Part shown: positions 54,287-64,000 of the stretch, piece after piece | How positions within the stretch are numbered: the first letter of the stretch is position 1 | Layout of the letters: each line of letters opens with the position of its first letter | Source: Octopus sinensis | Lineage: Eukaryota | Assembly: GCF_006345805.1 (NCBI RefSeq) | Contig: NC_042998.1 | Location: 63,302,001-63,366,000 of the forward strand | Length of the DNA: 64,000 nt | Direction: 5' to 3' | Position numbers and translations under genes: made by a program | The notes under the pieces: model-generated | The model's input: only the letters and a program-made list of their open reading frames with translations | What the model was told of the DNA's origin: nothing | The model's database searches: none

Positions 54287-54932
54287 TATTGAATTCTATT
54301 CTCAGACCGGCAGAATTTGGACTCAGAGTGTAGAGACGGGTGAAATACTACTAAGCATTTCGTCCAGCAATGCTCATAATAAATACCGTCCTGTTTGACA
54401 TATTCGTTTTACTGTTAGGCTTGGAAAGAATAATAACTTTGAAGATGATATTAACAGTTACTGATTTATTGCTGTTGTTCTTCAGCCCTGGGCCAGTCCT
54501 GACTGACCCGACCTACAATAAAGGATATCTCATCCATGCAAATCTCATTCCTTTAAAGATATATAGAAAGGTGTACATTATCCAAGTTGTTCTTTCCCAG
54601 AAGATTGGGATGCTATTTGAGGGAAAATTGATTTCTATTTCTAATAGACCGTACGACCACCTAGTGGCTTCACTGTAGTTATAACTAATGGTGTCGCTGA
54701 TAATATTGAATGATACGTGAAATACGATACACGAGTGAAGCTAATGAATGCAATTCGTGCCAAAACAATTCAAAGTGTAAACAAACATTTATCTTGTAAT
54801 GGAGGCGATGAATCGATTCCCTCTCGTTCTCATCTTTTAATACATATTAAATGAGAGCAATGACACCACCACCAGCACCATCACCACCACTACAACCATA
54901 CTCCCCCTCCTCCCTCGTAGCTGCTGCTGCTG

Positions 54933-54963
<31 letters not shown>

Positions 54964-55306
54964 ACTACTACTACTACTACTACTGCTTCTTCGGAGACCG
55001 TCCGCCACCATTCGCTAATTCCTTCACACCATCCAACAGGAAACATCTATGTGGTCTCCCTATCTCCTCGTAATATCAGCTCATTCATATCCTACGTTAC
55101 CATATTTCCTTATTGTTCCCAACGTACCACTGTTTTCATGTTCCAAATTCTACCTATTTCATATTTTAGGGATTGTATTTTTTTATTGTCTTCCTCTCTT
55201 CACGATTGTTGATGGGTCATGATGTGTCGATTAGTAAGCAATTATTATTGCTGTTATTGTATATGTTGTTGTTGTTGTTATCATTATTATTATTATTATT
55301 GTTATT

Positions 55307-55394
55307 GAGTGAGAGAGCAGTGCATGCCATCAAAGTGACCCTGGGCTAAAATATACGAAGCCCAGTATACCCATCATGACTACCCGCCAGATAG
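55307..55394 (-). mobile_element. S3 repeat, 3' tip only
   Basis: GAGTGAGAGAGCAGTGCATGCCATCAAAGTGAC... directly after (TTA)n. Confidence 0.8.
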
Positions 55395-55546
55395 GCTTGT
55401 TCCAGTTTCCGTTTACCAAATCCACTCAGAACGTTTTGATCGGTCCGAGGCTGTAGTAGAAGACACTTACCCAAGGTGCCACCCAATTGAAATGAACGCG
55501 GAACCATGATGTTGGTAAGCAAGCTACTTACCACACAACCGGGTTG
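55395..55546 (-). mobile_element. S1 SINE
   Basis: Similar to 23229-23387. Confidence 0.8.
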
Positions 55547-56719
55547 CGTTTATATATATATATATAACAAAATTGAGCAATAATAGATTTAATTCAATTT
55601 AAATATTTTAACCAAACAAATAAAAATATATATATGTATATATATATATATATATATATACATGCGAACTAGGTTCATCCTATCAGCCTACGAGACTAAG
55701 CTGAATGGAGCTGAGTCACACTTGTATTATATAAATATGGGTATGTATGTGTGTGTGTGCGCGCGAGCGTGCGTCTGTGTATGAGTCTTACACAAAATGT
55801 CAATAACATGCACAGTTAGAATCATGTAAACATCACTCTACATGTAACCATACAGGAACTACGAAATCAAACATATAAAGGGATTGGTTGTAGAATGAAT
55901 TAAATCGACATTTACTAGATATATGATACGTATGTTTAACATGGATTCACATAAACTCGCCAAAAGTGTGCGTCATAACGTGAGAATTGATATTGTTTAA
56001 TACCTTATAGATTTACAATTATGGAAGATAAAACGAAAGAAATTAAGCTGAGCAGCTAATATTTTATCACAAGTAGCTCGCTTCCAGTGTAACTACTGAA
56101 CGAGTTGATAGGTGGAACCGAAGAGATCTTGATAGATGTGGTCATGTAAGATGGCAGTGTGGTGTATATTGAAAGCGTTGTGAATTTGTTGTTGAATACA
56201 ACTCGAAGAAACTAACAGCAAGATGAATTATTCTAGAAAAGTTATTTGGCATCGTATATGTAAGACAACACTTTATATCGCCGAGAATGTGATGTTGGTG
56301 AAACATGTTGGCTTGTTGCCAAAAGTCCCTGGTTGCAAGTGACATGAGAAGCATAAAGCAAGTCTTTTTTCCCCTTTTCTTGTTATTGATTTTATCTTAC
56401 TGAACTGATAGCGTAACCCCAAGTACAATGTAGGAGATGCTAATCAATGAATCATTTCAAGAAGGTGAGAAGAAGAAGGGTTCTTTCGCACTATCGGATT
56501 CAACTATCTGCAGATATATTCATCTGTAGTGGTGGTCACATTTTGCATTTACATTTAATATTTAAGTGAGAATTAATATAATCTCGTGAAATCGTCTTGG
56601 AAGGTAAAATGTCAAGATGTCATCAAATGGCTGAAGTGTTACACACAAACGCACAGTCACATACACATACACACACATTTTCATATATATATATATAATA
56701 TTATATATATATATATATA

Positions 56720-56791
<72 letters not shown>

Positions 56792-56822
56792 TATTTTTAC
56801 ATACATACACACATGCGCATAT

Positions 56823-56853
<31 letters not shown>

Positions 56854-57815
56854 TTACATACATACACACATGCATATATATATACATATATATAAACATA
56901 GAAAATGGGCATGTAGCATCTGTTAAAAATTTATTATCTGAAAAAATCAAACAGCACCTTACAGCTGTCTCAATTAAGCCTAAAAGATTAAATAGCAATT
57001 ATTAAAATCCTTACATTAGGCAGAATCTCTTCAAATAGGTAGAAAAAAGATATACCGTTAGGTTTTTTTATGTGTTGCATTGTAGAATCATCACAGCAGA
57101 CTGCTGGGATGATTTTTGATGATAATTCTTTTTTTATCAAATATTATATCTCCATTTCCATTTGAATTTTTATAATTTATAATTTTATAAAATCATCGTT
57201 TTATGAATATTATTATTCACAAGAAATGTTGGGTATTGAACCAGTATTTCATTGGTTGAAACCATCCATTAATGTGGTTAATTTAACCTCTAATTGAAAA
57301 TATACAAACATGCATATATACATATATGTATATGCATCTATGTATATATAATACATGCAAATAACGGTGCAAGTAACATGAAATACGTAAACAAATGGTG
57401 GAAAAACGAGTGAAATATGTAAACAAAGGCAAAAAATGTAAAACAAGACAAGTTAACACAAAGATAGGACCTTTCATCAGCTGTTGTCTATCTACTCCTC
57501 GTTTCGAGCATTGAACGAAAATATGAGACTTCAAAGACAGTTGCTCCCATAAATTCTAAATTAAAATTTAGGATTTATGGATGGTCAAAATATGTTAGCA
57601 ACAAAAAAGAATAACAATGGAGACGTACAAGGAAAACGAACGAAAACAAACGTGATGAGTCGTTAGACCATAACAGAAGGAAAATAGTGAACGCTAGAAG
57701 AAAGTCTTTATTTTGAGAAATTATACACACACAGACACACAGACATATACGCACACACACACACACACACATATATATATACAAATACACACACACATAC
57801 ACACACACATATATA

Positions 57816-57869
<54 letters not shown>

Positions 57870-58233
57870 CATACATAAGACTGCATATGTATTTATGCAC
57901 AGATAGTTGATCCTTAGAAGACGCGTTATATGCTAGAAAGGGTAGCTAAACCCAGACAATGAAAAAAAAGTAATTCCAAAGAAAGAGAATGAAAGCAAAA
58001 AGGATTTATAGTTAATCCCAAACTCGAGTTTCAGTATTAATGAACAAATAAATTAATTTGTCGTCCATACTTCGTTAGTGGGATAATTAAGGCAATGTGC
58101 AATTATGCAGCATAATGCGTACCGAAGCCACACGGGCGTGCTGCATACATATACGTTATGTTTTCAATCAACAGCGGAAGCTTGCCACCGGTATAATAGT
58201 TTTTCTAAATTTCCTGCCTTCATAATTTTCACA

Positions 58234-58324
<91 letters not shown>

Positions 58325-58914
58325 ATGAATTTATATATGTATATATTTATAAATAGACATATATACATACAAAGGTACATACATACACACATAATATATG
58401 TATATATGTGTATGTGTGTGTGTATATATATGCACATAGTTGCACGCACACGAACATATATATATATAAGGAGGTAAGAAGATTATTCTCAGACCGGAAA
58501 CCCGACCAAAAATGTAGCTGGATACACCCATGGACCAAGTGGTATTATTAAACAGGGTTACGGTTTATATGGTGAGCAGTTAAACTAGGAAAAATCACAA
58601 GAACACAGTCAATAGATTTCATACAACTCCGAAACAAACCAATTGCATAAAGTAAGTGTTATTAAGACATCTGATGAACGGTTTGGCATATATATTAGGC
58701 TTCAGTTATTTCTCAATAAAAAAAATACATTGATGCTGCAGAAAGCTTTTATTAATGCACTTCATAGCAGGTTCATGGTAAAGTAATTGTAGTGTTCCTA
58801 AAAACAAGTCAGAGTAATAATGTATGTAAGTCAAAGCACGTTCACAAATATGGGACTAGGAACGTTCATTAAGTAGATGAAGCTTCTTATAAGCAAAGCT
58901 GGAAACTTTTGATT

Positions 58915-59580
58915 TCTTTGTTTCGTTCTTTTTTTTCTTTCTTTCTTTTTACTTCCTTCCTTCCTTCCTTTCTTTCTTCCTTTCTTCCTTCCTTTCTTTC
59001 TTGCTGCCTTTCTTTCTTTCTCTCTTTCTTACATCCCTTCTATCTCTCTCCTCATTTTCCCCTCCTCCTCGTCCTCCTGCACCGCCTCCTTCACCACCCC
59101 TCCCCACCCTTACTCCCGCTCCTCCCTCCATGCTCCTATTCCTTTTTCCTCCACTTCCTCATCCCCTCTTCCATTTCTTTTCTTCTTCTTCTTCTTCTTC
59201 TTCCTCCTCTTCCTTTTCTTCCTCTTCCTCTTCTTCTTCCTCTTCCTTTTCTTCCTCTCCTTCATCTTCCTTTTCTTCCACTTTTTCTTCCTTTTCTTCT
59301 TTTCTTCTTCCTCCTTCTTCCTCTTCATCTTCCTCCTCTTATCTTTCCTCTCTTCATCTTCCTCCTCTTCTACTGCCTCCTCTTCTTCTCCTCTTCTTCT
59401 TTTCCTCCTCTTCTTCTTCTTCTTCTAGCTTCCTCCTCTTCTTCTCCTCCTCTTTTCTTTCCTCCTCTCTTTTCATTCTTCTCTTCTTCTTCTTCTCCTC
59501 CTCTTTTCTTATTCTTCTTCTTCTTCCTCCTCTTCTTCTTCTTCTTCTTCTTCTTCTTCTTCTTCTTCTTCTTCTTCTTT
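58915..59580 (+). repeat. About 665-bp polypyrimidine (CTT/CCT/TTCC)n tract
   Basis: Plus strand is almost purely C/T. Confidence 0.95.
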
Positions 59581-59581
59581 A

Positions 59582-59965
59582 TAACGTGGATCTTGCAGAA
59601 TCGGTAGCGCATCCCTTGCTGATCACATGCATGAAAGTTTTTTGGAATAGAAACCACAACGAAATATCAAAGCAAGCAGCAAGCTAGAATCAGTGGGCGA
59701 TTTACACGGAGAAATAACCAAAAAGGATGGGGGCACGAGATCAACATGGCATATTAAGAGGTAGGAAAACAAAAAAAAAAAAAACAAAAAAACAAGAAAC
59801 AAACATATAAATACAAAAACATTAGAAGAAAGGACGTCTAAACTGGAAGGGCAAACAGAAAGGTTGATACGCCTGTACCCCTTCCATAATTTGCAATAAG
59901 ACATCACAGACAAGTGCATTTTTGCAGTTATTGTGCCAGCAAACGCATACAGCCATAACCACACA
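59582..59965 (+). mobile_element. Possible decayed RTE-type LINE 3' fragment
   Basis: Weak resemblance to RTE C-termini (DLA..R..L..C..F and a terminal CP..C...H-like region). Confidence 0.35.
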
Positions 59966-60559
59966 GAATACGCTTTTTAGTTCACACCACTCTCACTAAA
60001 TAATAAAGCTGGTGACGGTCTTAGTACTTTATTTTTGTATTTTAAATCTTTATTTTCTTTCGGTCTTCGGTAATGTGGTAATATTTATTACATAATTTAC
60101 TTCTCCATAATATTTCACACTTGCTGTTATTGCTTATATAATGGCGCAATACTGTTAGTCTAAATGCTTCTGTATGAAATATAACGACATATTTCAATCT
60201 TACTCTATTTTACTTCATTCATCACTTTCCCTTTTACAAAATATGCTTCTTCTAACTCTGCCCACTCGATTAATGAGTACGTATAGGCACCATACTGAGA
60301 ACACATTCATCAATTATCAAAATATTTGTTTGGTTCGTATTGTCTATAATGGAAGATGTGTTTTATACTTATGTTAGCGAACATGCTGTTGAATTAACTA
60401 AATATGGCAATGTATTGTACGTATATTTCTCTAGTGGTATTGTTTATATCTGTTTGCGCTCGGGTTGCTGATACTGCTCACATCTTCCCAATACCGTTGT
60501 TGTTTGATGCTGTCATAGATGGTGTGTTTTTTGTTATTCTACTCTCTTTTTACTCTTTT

Positions 60560-60750
60560 ACTTGTTTCAGTCATTTGACTGCGGCCATGCTGGAGTACCA
60601 CCTTTAGTCGAGCAAATCGACCCCGGGACTTATTATTTGTAAGCCCAGTACTTATTCTATCGGTCGCTTTTGCCGAACCGCTAAGTGACGGGACGTAAAC
60701 ACACCAGCATCGGTTGTCAAGCAATGCTAGGGGAACAAATACAGACAAAC
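60560..60750 (-). mobile_element. SINE-like repeat with AAGTACTGGG..AAGTCCCGGGGTCGATTTG core
   Basis: Core related to S2; followed by (AC)/(AT) repeats. Confidence 0.55.
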
Positions 60751-60768
60751 AAACACACACATATATAT

Positions 60769-60822
<54 letters not shown>

Positions 60823-60998
60823 TATATATATAATATATATATATATATACATATATGCGACAGGCTTCTTTCAGTTTCCATCTACCAAATCCACTCACAA
60901 GGCATTGGTATGCCCGGGGCTATAGCAGAAGACACTTGCCCAAGATGCCACACAGTGGGACTGAACCCGGAACCATGTGGTTGGTTAGCAAGCTACTT

Positions 60999-62991
60999 TT
61001 ATTCATTAAATTTGCCATGAAGGCAGTACATAGGTGTAGCTTTGCGTGCTGGACGTAGACATTGATGGTATGAATGATGGTGATGGAACGAAGATGATGA
61101 TGGGAGAAGACGAAAGCGCCCGCCGACTTCCGCTTCTCTAAGACAATGTTCTTTTTTCAAAAAATCAAAAAGTCACAAAATTTCACAAAAGTCACAATGA
61201 GGTAATGAACCTCTTTCTCAATATGATACAATTTTTCTTTTTAAAACATTCAAAAAATTCAAGTCACCCGGCCGACCAGCGCTATTGCTTCATTGAGGCA
61301 ATCATTCTTTGTCAGGCCGTACCATGCAGGTATAAATTGAAAGGAGTCCTCCGGGAAGGAATTCACGATCCTGCACAGATCGCTATCCCATAGGACCTCC
61401 GCAGCCACCTGCGAAGGCCACTCGGAGTCCTCCGTGCAGGACCGAAGTCCCTCCCCTTGGCCTCTCCTTCTCATTTTACCTATCTCGTTTTCAAGCATTT
61501 CTCCTTTGTGGAAGAGGACCACATATTGATTCTCCGGCGGCACACCCGCCTGAGGAGGCTTGGGAGACGCCGTCTGCGTGTTACAATCCGCCGGCGGCGT
61601 CCCGTTTCTCTTTTTTCTTTTTTTCTTTTTTCCCTGGGCCGCGGGAGGGTGAGGTTCCTGTGGTGTACACAATGGGTCCTCTTTTTCTCCCGCGTCACCA
61701 TTGTTGCCCGCCTTTCTTTTACCTTTTGAGGAGGTAACAACCTCCTCGTCAATCTTTTGCTTCTCTCCCTCAGTTGGGAGAGCAGGAGAGATTCTTCTAT
61801 TAACTGCTCCAGGATCCTACTTTGGTCCCTGGAGCAGTTATTCTTAATGTAACCGGTCTCCAGGCACAGGTGACACTTGGGGGGGGGGGCGTTCCTCAAG
61901 CATCACCGGATACCTGGACCCGGCCATCCTCAAGAAATCTGGAAAAACCAGACTTTTGGCTGATTGGTCCACAGGGTCAAAACAGCTTTCGACCCCTCCC
62001 AATCAGCCGCAGGCAACAATTTTACATTTAGCAGCTTGGCACTGCTACCACTCAGACCCCGGCGGATAGAGTCCTCTATCCACTCGGGCTCAACTCCGGG
62101 TGGTAGGCCGCAGATCCAAGCCCTCAATAATTTTTCTCTCATATAGTTTGGGAGAAACAATATTTCTTTGCCCTGAAGGGGCTGGCTTGCAAAGTCGCAA
62201 GCTTCTTGTGGGGAGTCAAATAGCAACCAGACCGTTGCATATTTGACTCCCCGTGAGATAAATTTAACGGCTGGCATGTAGTCCGCCAGCTCGTTCAAAA
62301 TGGTGGCCTTCAGGAAGACGGCTATGGTGTCGAGCGACTTCGAGAAAGTCCTCAACACCACGGTCTTCCTTTCCAGCTCTTTTAAATGTTTTTTGGGAGG
62401 TGTTAACTCCCACACAAGAAGTTCCTTTGTCATTGAAAAACTAGTTCAAAAAAGTTCAAAAGACAAAATAAAACACACAGGAGAGAAGGAAAAACAGAAC
62501 AGAAGAGAAGAAATAAAATTATTAACAGTTCAAGAAAGTTCTTTTTTAAAAAAAAATAATGATAGCTCGAAGAAGAGTGTTCAAAATCCGATAAAGGAAT
62601 CAAAATTTTTCGGCCGAAAAGGTACTCCTGGCCGTCCAATTGTAAAATAATCCAACAAAATCGACCACAGCACTGGCCACCGCCAACAGTAATTTCAAAA
62701 GCGACTGTATTGGTTCCAATTATGCGGACGAGATACGCCCCTCCACTGTTTTTTTTTTCAATAAACACAAAAACGGCAGTCGCCGAGAACAGGTGAAATT
62801 GTCCCAGAGTTGGACACAAATTACTGAAAAAATAATTAGCACGCAATAAATTATGCCCAGCTCACAACAAACAAAGTCACTAACCTCGACAACCTTCTCT
62901 GCTTTTGGTCTTTTTTCTGTAGTTGGACGGAGCTAGCAAGCTCACGTCCACTCTGGTTCAATAGGAAGAAACTGACTAACTGCGCATGTGC
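60999..62991 (-). mobile_element. Complete non-autonomous element encoding only ORF1 (half-L1/Tx1-like), 15-bp TSD
   Basis: GTTAGCAAGCTACTT at 60984-60998 and 62992-63006; about 560-nt 5' UTR, gag-like ORF1, about 260-nt 3' UTR ending AATAAA; no EN or RT. Confidence 0.85.
61259..62433 (-). pseudogene. Gag-like ORF1 with zinc knuckle, frameshifted
   Basis: RAWICGLPPGV, MLEERPP-KCHLCLETGYIKNNC (CX2CX4[H>Y]X4C) and a K/R-rich tail, assembled from ORFs 61930-62433, 61480-61899 and 61259-61672. Confidence 0.75.
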
Positions 62992-63260
62992 GTTAGCAAG
63001 CTACTTACCACACAGCCACTCCTGCGCCTATTTGTTAATAATGATGGAGTAAATATATTTGTTGTGGGTAGGGGAAGTCTTCCCATTTTACTATTTGCTT
63101 TGTTTAATAAAGATAAGTTAAGAAATTGTAATTTTAGATATTACACGTATATGCAGCAATATATCTTTCTTGTTCAAACTCTCTCACTCTCCCCACCTCT
63201 ATCATGTGTGTGTATGTGTGCATATACATACTTACATACATACACATACATCTATATCTA

Positions 63261-63357
<97 letters not shown>

Positions 63358-63368
63358 CTCTCCCTCTC

Positions 63369-63400
<32 letters not shown>

Positions 63401-63638
63401 TTTTTTTTTTTTTCAACATGTGATCTCTTAAGCACCACCAGCTCAAATATTGTCTCCTCTGTCTTCCCTCCTTGGGATCTTTCCTTCTCCTTGTTTCCGA
63501 CGAAGAGCTCCGCTCGAAACGTTAAACCCTCCTTCCCTTCTTTCCTGAGCGTCAATAATACTTTAATTGTTCCACGTCCTGCGTTGCTGTGTTTTTTTTC
63601 TTTTTTTCCCCTTTTTTTCTGTGTTTTCTTGTTTGGAT

Positions 63639-63707
<69 letters not shown>

Positions 63708-64000
63708 TATATATATATGCACATACCTACATATATATGTATAGATACAAGGATATACGGATACAGGACGTCAGACAACGTGAAGAAAATGAAAGACGAG
63801 AACATAAAATAACAAAAACATGGAAAACGAACTTTTGCCGGACAACGAAAGAAACAAATAGACAAACGAGACAGGCAACATAAAAAGCAATCCCTTCATC
63901 AGTTATCACCTGTTTTATCTACTCCAAGTTCCGAAGGTTAGGACAAGACGCGACTTTGTTAACACAGTCATTCCCGCAAAGCAAATGAAATAAAGTTTGG

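Larger units (their letters stand above)
60858..63030 (-). mobile_element. S1 SINE split by the ORF1-only element (60858-60998 and 62992-63030)
   Basis: The two halves rejoin to an intact S1 when one TSD copy and the insert are removed. Confidence 0.88.

Noticed and set aside
55950-56520. Possible CR1/L2-like LINE 3' remnant
   Set aside because: Similarity too faint to support by eye.
58909-59687. 228-232 aa Ser/Leu/Phe/Pro-rich ORFs
   Set aside because: Artefacts of the polypyrimidine tract.

Overview
This is repeat-saturated, AT-rich eukaryotic DNA with no host-gene exon I can support. The microsatellite load and SINE families suggest a coleoid cephalopod, probably Octopus (inference). 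Most ORF-track entries are microsatellite translations. The real content is retroelements. (1) One nearly intact Penelope-like element (RT plus GIY-YIG) at 8713-12327, with 215-bp inverted termini that carry a complete hammerhead ribozyme fold and an unusually long Ser/Asn-rich linker. (2) About 12 pieces of R4/Dong-type RLE LINEs from several families, most abutting (AAT)n tracts with one polarity and piled into two tandem stacks (14.2-20.9 kb and 39.6-48.3 kb); one copy looks full length. (3) An RTE LINE with a 5' inversion of the twin-priming type. (4) A complete 2-kb element encoding only ORF1 (half-L1-like), with a 15-bp TSD, inside a SINE tRNA head. (5) tRNA-derived SINEs, small hammerhead-bearing inverted-repeat elements and long fold-back palindromes. 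Family names come from protein motifs read by eye; no database search was possible.
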